A DNA stretch of 64,000 bases from Nageia nagi (lineage: Eukaryota; Plantae; Pinophyta), in the NCBI GenBank assembly GCA_050084985.1, contig JBITNC010000001.1, forward strand, positions 117,056,001-117,120,000, written 5' to 3'. Positions 51,143 through 64,000 of the stretch are shown one piece after another; the stretch's first letter is position 1, and every line of letters starts with the position of its first letter. Both the position numbers and the translations under genes were made by a program. The notes beneath the pieces were generated by a model. The model was not told where the DNA came from, did no database searches, and saw only the letters and a list, made by a program, of their open reading frames with translations.

Positions 51143-52195
51143 CAGGATTCCACAGGGATGCATCCCCCCAAGGGAACATATTTCCCCAAATTGGGGACTG
51201 GGGAATGCCTTGGGAAACGTACCTCTCCTGTTCCTTTTTTGGGAAATGACAAGGGCCATTTCTAAGATGCTCCAGCCAAAGGGGGGACTGTCCCCTACAT
51301 ATTCCTCCTAAGGGAATGATCACGGGAATGACTAGCTATCCTCGGGAATGGACGAAGGATGCTTGGTTCTCCCTCAACCGTCCTCAGGGATGTCCAAGCA
51401 TTCCCCTAGATGTAGGCAGCCAGCCAACAATAAAAAATTAAAAGCTCAATTTTAATTTTGAAAAAAAAAGCGTCAACTTGTATTAGAGGTGGGACCCACC
51501 AATGTCCACATCGGTAAGTTATATATGCATGTGAACACAATTCCATTTCATTTTATGCTCGCTAAAAGCAGCACCAAGGAATGGCTTGTCCAGCTACACG
51601 ATGGGATGTTGATTCAGAGGAGGCAGGCCATCTTGAGGATGATGACAACGTAGAGGGGTTGGTTGGAGTGCTATGGGAAGCTCTTCAGTCAGATGATAAG
51701 GGCACCTCATCAGATAACTCAGCAAAGGAGCATGATATAGTAGCAGTAGTGCTTGAGCCCACAATACCATAGTTTTTATTTTGGCATATTGCTATTTGAC
51801 ACATTCATATTAAAGTCTAATCTATGTATTAAGTTTTATAGTTTTACTACTATGATTTAGTATTTCACATCTATCATTGTGTACTAGACTTATTAAAACT
51901 TAATGAAATTATGATTTATGATTTATGATCATTGGTTATGGCTCATTTTCATATTGTGATTCATACTTGATTTCTAATTTCAGTTCTAAGTTTTATAAAC
52001 ATGATTGAATTGATAATAATAATGAATTTGAAATAATGAAATTTCAAAAATTTGAAATTTCAGGAATTTTTACTAGTATTATACTTATCATTCCTTGTCG
52101 CTTTTGGGGCATCTCCCAAAAATGACCTCCCCCGTTCCGCCATCCCCAAAAACACGTTTCCCTATATCCCAATTTATTGGCCTTATGGAATCTTG
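51143..52195 (+). mobile_element. Non-autonomous hAT DNA transposon, same family as 531-1949
   Basis: TIRs caggattcca / tggaatcttg; 8-bp TSD gttctatg/gttctaag; remnant WDVDSEEAGHLEDDD homologous to CNVDPKEVGQLEADD at ~1395. Confidence 0.82.
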
Positions 52196-52720
52196 GTTCT
52201 AAGTGGGTCCATGTTTCCCTAAGGCCGAGACACTAGGGTCTCTCTAGCAGTGTTAAATAATCCAAGGTAATGCAAACACCTTTGGATAGCTAGTTGGTCC
52301 TTTGAGTTGTGCTAACCCTCAAAGTAGCCATCCGTATAGCCCTGAAAATTCACTAGATCTTAGCACCTCCCTTGCGGTTTTTCATCCGCAAGAGGCAAAG
52401 GATGGAGCTAGCACCCACAACTTGGAGAGAAGAGAATTATTCCAAACAAGCATATCTTCAATTGAGCTCTCAATTTCCTTTTATAGACTCCAAATGGCCT
52501 TCATGTCCTGTGTCCACCTCTAGATGCTTCCATGGTGCCTTGGGATCTTCACAATCGCCTTCGATGATTGAGATTTTCTCTTGGAGTGAGATGTTGCATT
52601 ATGTGTCTTGGGATTCATGAAATCACATCTAACGGTGTTAGTTTTTCCTTCTAGGTGCCACACCTCAGGATCAATGTTTCCCTCTTGGGATCCTCGTGCT
52701 ATCCTCATGCTTTGCCCCTA

Positions 52721-53997
52721 TGTGACATCCCATTTGGACCATTGACAAAATGTGTCATGGTCACTTTGTAATCTAGTGTTTTGTTTATGATCATGTTGTA
52801 CACGTGTAACTCAAGTAGAAGCTTATGGTCTGCGGACCCCACTATGAGCCCAGTAATGGAACGTCTCCCCTTGAGTAGTGTTGTGTTAACTTGTAATGGT
52901 TTATCCTGGATTGTGGGAATCCCTAGATAGGCATGAGTCTTGTATAGTCCAAAGGTGCATAAAGGAGCATACCAACGTTGGGAGGGCCCCACATACCCCA
53001 TGTTGGCTTATGAGGCCACTTAGACCCCCACGTCAGCTCAAGGAGGCTCATTAGACCCCACGTTAGCCTTAGGAGGCTCATTAGACCCCATGTCAACCTT
53101 AAGAGGCTCATTAGCCCTTCACGTTGGCACACTGGGCCCATGGGACCTCCACGCTAGCATACTGGGCCAATATGACCCCAACGCTAGCATGGTTGACCTA
53201 TTGACCCCAACGTTGGAATAGACTTGGCTTGGGATGATAACAAGGCATGATGGATAGACACTTGAGGCTATTTATTGAGGATGGAGCTCCATGATGGGGT
53301 TAGCTATTGATTATACTTCTTCTATATTGAACCCGATCAGGCATACAAGTCTTGGCGATGCTAAGCATTATTCCTAGACGGTGTCTAGAGGAGTGACAGG
53401 GTTGGGAGCCTGGCATTCTACAACTTAGGTGGGTCACCTAGTCCATTCGGTGGTATTCCCAAGGCGAGCTTCTACCTTCAGTGGTTGCCAAGGTTCAAGG
53501 AGGCTCCTTTGCAAGAGAGGATTTGGAGTTTGAGAGAGTTAGTCTTTCCTGTGGTGTTCGGCTTGTAGAAGGATTTGAAACCCTATATCTAGATGTTGAG
53601 ATTCCCATTGTACTCCATTGTTATTCCATGATATAATACAGCTTGTGTCTCTCTCATCATTGTGTTGTTCCCTTTGTATGCATGCGTTGTGATATACTAG
53701 TGTTGGAAGCTTGTTCTGGCTCAGTATTGTGGTATGGCCCCATCGTGGGTATTTCTATGTTGTCCATTGTAGTTGTGTTGCATTTGTGTGGTTAGCTTAG
53801 TGCTGGAGAAGCCCTAGGGGCTGACTTCAACTTTGTGGGATCATTGTTTGGTGTGGTGTGTAGTGAGGAAAACCTAGGAGGCCCACGTTGGTGCAATGAG
53901 GTGTTTGTATGCCCTAGAGGGCAATCATTTGGTGCTTGAGGGTTATAGAAGCCCTATCTTGGTTTGTTTTTGCTGTGGGTGATTTTAGATCGTCACA
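52721..53997 (+). mobile_element. Solo LTR (family D), 1277 bp
   Basis: TGTGACATC...GATCGTCACA; perfect TSD cccta/cccta; internal 30-bp repeats ~53000-53120. Confidence 0.9.
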
Positions 53998-54488
53998 CCC
54001 TAGGGATGCATACAACTTAGGGGGAAGGAATATTACATTGAGAGGCATTTAAGTTCCTTGAGATGTCAAATTACAACTCATCAAGGCCAAGATATGCAAC
54101 ACCTCACTAACGGAGACTAATACTGCATTTTGAATTATAATTTGCCTTGGTATTTCAATTGGCATCCTTAAGTGACCCATGAAAATTACAATATTTTGCT
54201 AATAAAAATAACAAATGATGACTCATAGAGTCCAACATCCCATGTTGGAGAGCTTCCAAGTGGGATAAAACATAGAAAAATACCATAATTAATGCCGAAA
54301 TTACTAAAATATTCCCAAATTACTCTAAAACTACTAAAATACTCAATGACTTAAAGAGCACAATGAGGGTGCATGTCCCACTTCCTTGTGACAAAGTGAG
54401 TGAGATGTCAAAATTTGGGAATATTAAACTGGGAAACCCTCCTTTAGGGAAAATATGCTCTGAAATACTCAAAAATAGGATTCCAAAC

Positions 54489-55070
54489 TGTTGTGCCCGC
54501 ACAACACACCCCAAAATACAAGATTTTGGGGACCCTATTTTTGCAAAGGCAATGAGGTGCATTGCCTTGAGATTGGCTTTTGGCAACGGATAGTTCATTA
54601 TGAAGAGTGCAAACATGATATCACAGAGCAATTCAAGGAGATCTTGCAACGAGACCCTGAAGAGTATCAAAGTATCCAATCACTGGTTTTGAAGCCAAGG
54701 AGCCAGGATCTGAGAGAGAGTATCAGAGCACAGATTTTTGGGTCTGGAGTGAGGTCAGTGGAGATGGGGTCGTTTCCGCAAAGTTTGAGCTCACGAGTAT
54801 GGCTAATGTGATGAAAAATGAGCGTTATTGTCAAGTTTGAATCCAAGAGCAGTGGATGTAGCTAAGATGACAAAAATAAGCATTTTTGCCAAGTATGAGC
54901 CCGGAAGTGGTCAGTATAGTGAAGATGTGCTTTTTGCACCGTTTGAGCTAGGAAAGCTTAGAAATGGTCGAAAATGCAAAGTTAAGCTCAAAATGGCCAG
55001 AAATGCTCAAAAATATCAGAAATGGTCGTTTTTTCAGTTTTCAAGACTCTGTTTTTGTCATGTGTTTTGG
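54489..55070 (+). mobile_element. Terminal fragment of a B3-type element
   Basis: tgttgtgcccgcacaacac...ttttggggaccc...ggcaatgag matches the reverse complement of ~28480-28556. Confidence 0.65.
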
Positions 55071-56755
55071 TAATATTTAAATCCTATCTTGCAAATGATT
55101 ATTGTAATAGAAAATGACTGCTGCAATAGCAAAGACTGCTGTAATATTTAAAACAAAAATAAATAAATGACTACTGATATATTTTTTCTGCATTTTTTTT
55201 GCCGAATCACCGATTAATCTCCTCAGCAGGGAAAACAATTAATGACAAGGAGCGAACTTTCGAACATTGAAATGAACTATGCTTACTGCAGCACCAAAGT
55301 CTATGTATTTTTGTCTTGTATTTGGCAATAAACCACTAACATAAATATAAGACCTTCCAAACTATGTTGCAATATGTCCTAAACCACAGGACACTCCCAA
55401 TTGGACTGTATTATATCTTGCAAAGTGTAACTCAGCTGAATCAAAATACAGATCATCAAATAGTGGCAATGCTTCCTCATCAAGAATTGAAATGAAGTAA
55501 CCTCTTCTCCATACTGCACTTTGACTTGTTTCCTTGGAAATTAAAGATCTAAACAAATTGTTTCCATCGTCAGGCTTCTCATCATTTTGTTGTTGTGACT
55601 GATATAGTACACCCTTAACTAATATCCACCCATTGCAATTCAAAATTGCCCAACTAGCACCTTTGCTTGCACATGCTGCATAGTATAAAGGAGAACTTCT
55701 AACTCTTGTGAAGATCATGGACGTTCCAAAATGACACATAACAACAAACACAATTGCCTTCAAGTCAAGAAACAGTTGCACATATTCAAAATACCAACTT
55801 GGTACAGCCATTTGAAGGGCAATAAAGACACCAAAATCTCCTGTCCTATACATAACTTTTAAGAATGTCTTCATGTCAAACCAACTCTGTCCATCATCAT
55901 TGTGGCTGGCAGCAAACAGCATATTCCAATTGTATGGGACATTGGGTGTAAAGTTTACAACAAATCTGATGTATCTAATATAACCATTTACTGCTGCAAA
56001 AAATAAGGTTGTTTTCTACAGAAGTAATCTGTTTTTGCCACATTTATTTGTATAGCTGAAGAACCTACAAACTTCCAGTAAATCCCTTCAATAGGGTAAG
56101 TCCACAATAAGGAAACAGTCTGCAAGATGTCAATGACCTACCTCATTATCAATTCGCCCAAGATTATCTCCAAAATAATGTCCTTGAATAAAGCCTGCAT
56201 TACCACATCCAGTTGCAAAGTGACTTAATAGTAGAAATTGCCTAAAATTCACGTCCCTCTTGGCTGATCTAGTCACACATAATATAATCAAACTTGTCAA
56301 TGTCTATCTCATTGCATCCATTTGCCACAATATCAAACAGGAAATTCTCCTCTTTATATACACTGAGATCATATCAATTTTGATCTGTCCTCCATATTTT
56401 TTGTTTTGTATTGTTCATTTGACTGCTTATTCTCTTCATGATTATCTTCAATATTGTCTTCAAAAGGATATGATTAAGCTTGAGATTGTTTTTCTTCATT
56501 TGGCATAATTAATGCATCATAGTGCCCATGTCCATCATACAAAACTCTAATAGGGTTTTCCTTTCCATATTCTTGTCCATACAAAACTCTCAACGGTTAT
56601 TGGCATTTTGATGACATGTGTGGCCTTTAGAAATTCAGGCTTTCCACCCCATACATGTGGCTTTATAATCTGTTGAACGTATGCATCAAAGTCTCCCTTC
56701 AAAAACCATTATGTTTCTTTTCTTCTTTTCAGAAATTCATCTACAACTTTAGCTC

Positions 56756-58174
56756 TGTAACATCCCTTTTTAAACAAAAATAAGTAAATTTGGGATCCTA
56801 GGTGTTCCCTTTGTAAATATTTTGTTTTTGCATTATTAGTTACTTGGCATAGAAATATAATGGTCCATTGGACCCACATTGTGAGCCCCAAAGAGGGACA
56901 TTTTCCTCCCAAGCTTAGGATGAGTTATAATTGTTTATTTGTACACTTGGAGATCCTAAATAATTAATTATGGGAATCTGAAGTCTTGTATAGCACCTAG
57001 GATAGCACATACGCATGGATAATCACTTATAGCCCCGACGTTGGACTTGGGAGCACTTTTACACTTGCGCTAGCCTTGGGGAGACTCCTAGGCCCCACAT
57101 TGGCCCATGATGACACCAAAGCACCCACGCATGACTCCTAGACCCACGTTAGGCATGCGTAGCACTCTATATCCCCACGTTGGCCCATGATGACACCTAA
57201 GCACCCACACATGACTCCTAGACCCACGTTAGGCATGCGTGGCACTCTAGACCCCACGTTGGCATTTATGACCCTTGGGCACCCATGTTGGGCATGCATA
57301 ATTCCTAGGTACCAACGTTGGGCATTTTGGAGCCTCTAGGAGGCTAACGTTGGATTAGAGGAGCTAGGTGATGACTTCTAGCTGAGATCCAGATCCACGA
57401 TGTGTTATAAAAGACAGTGGAGCATCATTGCAGAGATATGTTGAATTTGATATTGAAACCCCTTTTACTCTTTGAAGCTTATCAAGACTTGGCGGCATCA
57501 AGTACCCTTGGGCGTGTAGACCAAGGAGAATCAAGGAGGCTTGGAACACTTTCCGACTAGTGGTTGAGGTGAATGTTCGTGCTGTAAGGTCTCCCTACCA
57601 TGAGGCGTCCATAGCGGTCTGCACCTTTGACTCCATCCGATGGTATTCCGGAACTGCATTCGTTCTCTTCGTTGGGAGCTATCTTGTGAGGAAGCCCTTC
57701 AATATGGCGCCCACAGATCTAGTATAGTGTGGTTGTTCTACAACATATATGCAGAAATGTTCATCTTTGCACATCAATGTGCCCTAGTTGGCTCCTTGGA
57801 GGCCAACGTTGAGCCCTTAAGGGCCTGGTTTGTATTGTACTCATCATTCCATCATTAATTGAGTCATGGCGCACTTGATCTCGATTTCTTGTCTCATAAT
57901 TTGATGTGTTTGATGATATCTTGCTCCTCTTCGTATGATGTCATATTTTTGGGATTGTTTATGGTGTATTATGCATGATTGGTAGATGCCCTAATGCTAC
58001 ATTGGGCATTTGAGGTATTTTCTGGCTCAAGGAATGCATCGTTGGGTTTTCTGGCATATTTTTGTACATGTTTGATGCCCTAGAACAGTTCGTGGCATGC
58101 CTAGGATCATAATTTGATATTATTTGATATTTGTTTGGCTAATCCCTGCATTGGAGAATATTTGGGATTTTACA
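56756..58174 (+). mobile_element. Solo LTR (family A), 1419 bp
   Basis: TGTAACATCCC...GGGATTTTACA; perfect TSD agctc/agctc; similar to 38264-39567; internal 80-bp duplication at 57101/57181. Confidence 0.9.
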
Positions 58175-58219
58175 AGCTCTCAAATCATTAGCTAAGTCTC
58201 TCAAAAAGGGGACATTACA

Positions 58220-59726
58220 CTTCCAACATCCTTAAAGCATTAATTTGATGTGACTAGGAGGTGGTGCGCATGATTTCAAGGTTTTAGCTTCCTTAAGACC
58301 CCTAAATGGTGCGCCCAAGGGGATTTTGGCAAATTTTGACATTTGAACCTTGTTAAGACCTTAATTTGATGCACCCAAGATATTTTTGCCTCTTTTTGAT
58401 CTTTTGGCCCTTTTAACACCTCAATTTGGTGTGACCAAGGGGGAGTGCAGCTTTTTAGGCTCTTAACATTTTTAAGACCTTGATTTAGTGCGCCCAAGGG
58501 ATTTGGCCTCTTTTTTGAAATTTTAACATCTTTAAGGTCCCATTTTGGTGCACCCAAGTTATTTTTGCCTAATTTTGCCCTTTTGAACCCTTTTCAAACT
58601 TGAAAATAATGCGCCCAAGGCAATTTGGCATATTTTTGGCGTTTTAGCATCCTCAAGGGCTCAATTTGAGATGCCTAAGGGATTTTATCTTCTTTTTGGC
58701 ATTTTGACATTTTTTAAGACTCCATTTTGGTGTGCCCAAGGAAGAAATGCATGTTTTTGATGTTTTAACTCTTTTAAGGCTCCCATATGGTGCATCTAAG
58801 GGGTTTTGCCTCTTTTTTGGCATTCTAACATTTTTAAGTCCCCCTTTTGGTGCGCTCAAGGTGTTTTTGCATGATTTTGCCCTTTCAAGGCTTTTAAGAT
58901 CTCCATTTGATGCGCCCAAGGGGTTTTCCCTCTTTTTCCAATTTCAACATTTTTAAGGCCCTAATTTAGTGCACTTGAGGAATTTTTGTCCTTTTTTTTA
59001 CATTTTATCATTTTTAAGGCCCCAATTTGGTGCGCCCAAGGGATTTTTGTCCTTCTTTTTGACATTTTAGCACTGTTAAGACCTTGATTTGGTGTGCCCA
59101 AGCTATGTTGCCTTATTTTTGTCATTTCGTCACTTTTTAAGACCCCAATTTGGTGCACTTTGACCTTTTTTGCTCCTTAGGACCCCAATCTGGTGCAAAT
59201 TGCTCCCTTTGACCTCATAACACCCCAAAATGGTGCAAAATTGTTTGTAGACCCCTGTAAGCATTCTTGATGATGTATACTTGCTCTCTAACTTCCTGAA
59301 AGTGGTCCTGGCTCCAATCTTGGAAATCTTTCACCTTTCCAATCTCTGTTCCCTCTAAAGTATCCTTCATCTCGTGCCTTCAAGGCAATTTTCTCCATTG
59401 CTCTAGCCAAAAGAGGGCCCCCCCTGCAAATAACCCAATAGGGGAGTTGAAGAATACAGGGTAGATGAAAACTGTCATGTGAGAGGCCATAGGTTCAAAT
59501 CTCCCCCCTTTGGGTTGGATGCATAGAATCCACAAAGTTACTCTGGTACGGTCAAGCCAGGTGCAAGTCCTAGGTGAATTTAACAGAATAGATACCCTTG
59601 CCCATTGCTTCTCAAGCTAAAGGCTAACTTTCCTTGTTTCCTAGAAACAAGGTGGTTCCATCAAAAAAAAAAAAAAGAGGGCCCCCAAAATTTTGAAATT
59701 TAGGGGCAACTTATGTGGGCACAACA
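58220..59726 (-). mobile_element. Terminal fragment of a further B-like subfamily with ~60-bp tandem repeats (58230-59240)
   Basis: Ends gggcccccaaaatttt...gtgggcacaaca like B3; ~17 units of ttaagacc.caatttggtgcgcccaagggatttt. Confidence 0.65.
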
Positions 59727-61555
59727 AATTCAATAGCAATGGTTGCCACGATGTAGGCAATATTTTGTAGGCTATCAAGGGATAATTATTGGATTTTTGG
59801 GCAACGACAACTAGATCACCATTGAAATCACAAAATCTCATTCCAAGTCACCTAAATTTAGAGAGACATGAAATTTTTAAATTGTTTGCATTACTTAACA
59901 ACCAACAAGAATTTGAACATACAAACAAGTGTTACCAAGTCTACAAACTATTGCACAAGCTTCTTACCAACAAGGGAGCTTTTGTTGTTTGAGATATGGT
60001 ATGACATTATTTACCTAGTTATGTTTAAATATCCTCTACAACCACTATTTGCAATTAATACTTCATATTGAGAAAAGAGACATGTTTTTTCTATTTGCCA
60101 AATATGATTTTTTCACCAGTCAACATAAGAGTATGAAATATTGGTGTTCAGATTTTTTAGGGGTAGTCAAAGCGAAGATAATAATAAGGAATATATGAGA
60201 TAGCAATTTTCGACATTTACTTCTTCAATTTATTTCCCTAGATATAGGATTATTTAGATAATGAAACTTAGAATCAAACTCAAATTAATGGATTACTTTT
60301 GTATGATGAAAATTTTCCTATTGATGTTTGTTTCCATTGAATATCAATTGTCTTTACTTGTAATGATCATGAATCCTTCACCCTTTAGGAAATTGGATAT
60401 GTGCTTATGATACATCATACGGCAATAATCAAGTCCTAATGATTATGCAACATTATAATTAATTGGTTATAAATCACAATGATATTGCAAGATCACAAGA
60501 CCTTAATAGACAAGAATTATTATGACAAACCTCAATTTGTAGCAAATGTAAATGTAACTTCTCTCCATAAATTAATAATTTGTGTATCTGCACTCATTAA
60601 TTGAAGTTTACATGAGAAAAAGAGAGAAAATCATTCTAAGACTAAAAGGTGTTCAAAAAATGCATTGCATTAAAATAAAAAAAAAAGCAAAAGTGAAAAA
60701 TGAAAAGACATTAAATAGGGTAAGGAATTGGAAATATTTCCTTTTTCCAAAAACGAAAAGACACAAAATTCAATTCTAAAAATACTTTGTCAAAGGCTTA
60801 GACATCTGAGACATTAGATTCTGAGGTGGTATAAGAGTACTAGATGATGAAATTATTGTGTACTTGTTTTTCAAATGTTATTCCTTCTTAATTCAATGTA
60901 TCTATCTTGGCAATAGCTACTGTTATTTATATTTCTAGGTATTTAAGGTTGATTGTTAATGAAGAATGAGGGAAATAATATTTAGAGCTTCTTTTTTTCA
61001 AATCTAGCCCTACTTCTCAATATTTAACTTCAAATCTCTAGTTCATTGCTCTGCCCCTCTGCCTTGAATGCATCTTTCAAATTATCCTCTATGTTCGAAA
61101 ACTCAAATCCATGGGGAGCTCTACTTCATGCTATATGAGATATTTGTTTTTGCTCCTTTGAATAGATCACCTCCTCAAGCTCCTTCCGATGTTGAATTTG
61201 TTCGTTCTCCGAGACTTGTTTGCTCCTCCTATTTATTGATCTTTTCATTGATCAACTTCCTCCCTTCATGTATGTAATGACCCTATTTTTGAGAATATCT
61301 TGTATTTGGGATTTTCCACATATCTCTTCTTCTACAAGTCAGATATGGCCATTGCACTTTCAGAATTGGATAGAGCATCTCATGCAATTGTTTTAAATGA
61401 TCACACGACCCCTTTTGGACAAGAAACGAAGGAGTTATGGCTACTTGAAGTTTGCCAATAGGAATAGTTTTCCATATCGCGTCTACACATGTAAATCCAC
61501 TTCACTTAGTGGATTTCTACTTAAAAGTGCAACGTTGGATTATAATAAGCTTTTA

Positions 61556-64000
61556 TGTTATTCTAATGTTATTTTAAGTACTTTTATTTGTAATAAAGCC
61601 AATCGATGGCTTAAATTAGCTTAGAGGGGTCAATGCAAGATTAGGGTTGGAGTCTATACAAGGAGATACTACTCTCCATTTTGGGCATATCATTGATATT
61701 ATAATGAGTCCTTGTGATTCTCATCTCCATAGTGCATAGGTGATGATCCCTAGCATGGATGGAAGCTCTACAACTGACAAGTGATGGCCCTTGTTGTTGT
61801 ATTACCCTAGGGTAATGCTCCCCTAGACCCCCAATATTCAAAAAATACAAAAAGAGGTACCCAAGAGGAGTTCGTGGCATTAGTGGCAGTTTCAGCTTTC
61901 AGTTTGGTGTGTTGTTTCAGCTCAGATCTGAGAAGTCAGCCTCCCCAAGGCAGTCGCCCATCTTTTGAAAAGTCTTCTGAGGAGTTTTGCATTTGTTCCA
62001 GCCCAAGAGACCCATCGCCCATTTGTACTAGTTTGGCATATCTAAATAAATACATTTGGCTGGTCTCTCCTCATATTTGGTGTTATTTTCAGTATTTTAT
62101 TATTTCTGTAATTTATTTCTACAATTTCTGAATTAGGGTTTTTGCATAAAAAAAAAGAACATTGCAAATTGGTATCAAAGCAGGCCATACATCCCAAGTT
62201 CGAATCCTCGGAAAGGGCTGCCATGGAAAGGGCTACCTAGCGAAGACTAGTGTGAGAGCTACCACGAGTGAGAGCCGCCAAAGATGTCGGATGCGAAGCA
62301 TGGTGGAATGTTAAGATCCTGGGTGTACGGATTCACTAATAGGTCAGCCTTTTGGTGTAACAGTTCATAAAATTTGGTATCAAAGCTAGAATCTTGCCAG
62401 CTTGTGGTCAGTGTCTATTTTTCTAAGTTGTGGCAATCTCAATTTTCAAGTTTTTCTGAATTAGGGTTTTTAGAAAAATTAGGGCTTTTAGAAAATTTTT
62501 GTGGGTATTTCAGATTCGTGTTGAAAAGTGTTTTTCTATGGTAAAAATCGTGGATTTTTAGGGATTTGTGGATTTTTAGGGATTTTTTTTAGAAAATAAA
62601 AATTACAGATTCGGAAACCCTCTTGGCCAAGTTGTAGATCTGTGGTTTCAAAAAAAAAATTGGGTAAGATTTCAGAAATTTCAGATTTAGGTTGTGATTT
62701 GATTGGTTGTAGAAAAAGAAACCTCAAATTCGTCCATATCAGGAAACCCTATTTTAAGGGGGTCATATAGTGTGGATTTTGGACTCTTAGCATCAGATTC
62801 AATATGCTAAGTAAAGTACTTGACCCTTAGGAGCATTTTTGAGCGCTTTGCATACCATTTTAAGCTTCTAAAAGCGTTTTTCAGAGGAAAAATAGGAAAG
62901 TGACGTTTTTGAAGAATCAGTAAGTTGGAGGTATTTGTCAAGTAAATTTGAGCACTGATTAAGCTCTACTTCTCATAACCACCTTTAGAAAAAATGTTGC
63001 AATTTTTTTTTATATGAAATCTAGCATTTCCTATGATTTCTAACCTATTTTTCAGGGATTGCACAAATAGGGTTTTGAAGGTTGATGTTTGCTAAGAGTG
63101 GATCATGGAACTATTCAGGAGAAAAGAGAATGAGCAGAAGTTGGATGCAATGATTGCTTTGATACAAAAGATAGTGACATTAAAAAGGGCAAGCATGCAA
63201 CAAAATGGAACCAGTGAACCTAAGAGGGAGAAAAGACAATTGCAACAGAAAATGACCATTCCCACCTTTAATGGTCCAAATGGTTTATCAACTTTGGAAA
63301 AAGCACAGAAAGTTGAAATTTTCCATCAAAAGGAAGAGCTTGAGGAGAATTGTGCAGAAAATTTTGAAGTTGTTCCTACCATTGAAAAAGAGGAAAAGGA
63401 CCAAACGGAAAATTTTGAAGAAAATGTAGGTAGTGAAGACATTTTAGCAATGGAGCATGGTTCATCTAGCATGATTGATTTCACTCAAGAGATTGGTGAT
63501 AGAGATGCTACTGTCCCACTTAAGGTATGTTTGAAAGAGAACCAAAATACTTCCTTTTGTACATTTATACCTACACATGTTGAGAATGAATTCAATGAGA
63601 AACATGATGCTCATGATTGGGAAAAGAGTTAGAGAATGTTTCAGATTTGCTTTTTGCATACTCTATGGGAAAGATACAAAAGGGCGTTGAAGAATTTTCA
63701 GTTTGTGAAAGTTTGGAGAGATAGGGCTAGAACTCCAAATTAAGCCCTTAAATAATTGTGATCATAATGGCCACCAAGTTGATTGCTTCCTTATTTCAGC
63801 CAATCACAATTATTGGGAGTGATAAGTGCCTTTGAGACACTACCAACTCCCACATGGACAGTGACAAGTCACTACATCAACATCCTTCACAATGTACTAC
63901 TACCCAAGTTCCCCAGTGACATTCCCACCCTAGACATGATCGAGTTATTTCGAATCAGCAGTATGGATTGTCCTCACATATATTATCAAAGAAATGTAGG
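61556..64000 (+). mobile_element. LTR retroelement 5' region: LTR end ~62166 (start approximate), two PBS-like sites, decayed gag-like ORF 63105-63632
   Basis: aacattgca-aat-tggtatcaaagc (62170-62181) and again at 62375-62386; ORF contains KMTIPTFNG. Confidence 0.6.

Noticed and set aside
55362-55922. 186-aa ORF as a host gene
   Set aside because: No splice structure or clear domain; at most a faint resemblance to decayed Copia RT; not supportable
61641-61880. ORF containing IGGLGE, like the RNase J N-terminal motif LPIGGLGEIG, on the RNJ strand
   Set aside because: No similarity on either side (no IGMN, no DAG) and it lies in LTR-like sequence; chance match

Overview
This is eukaryotic plant nuclear DNA, most likely gymnosperm (inferred from intron size and retroelement types). 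It lies entirely inside one gene on the minus strand, plastid ribonuclease J (RNJ). Six phase-0 GT-AG exons (693 nt, 231 aa, about 1% of the window) occur as three close pairs separated by giant introns (8.8 kb, 20.5 kb, >14 kb upstream, >19 kb downstream). The introns are filled with nested, decayed transposons: Ty3/gypsy LTR elements with tRNA-Met primer binding sites (PBS), several solo LTRs bounded by target-site duplications (TSDs), a deleted Tat/Ogre-type pol, and non-autonomous hAT elements with 8-bp TSDs. The most unusual structure is three complete copies plus two fragments of a 5.8-7.9 kb element with TGTTG...CAACA-type ends and 5-bp TSDs but no gag/pol and no internal LTR pair. Each has a subfamily-specific repeat array, a TATA box and one decayed ~1000-codon ORF of unknown function that is conserved at protein level between subfamilies. 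The best reading is a giant solo LTR carrying its own gene. All coordinates and alignments were made by eye; no searches were run.
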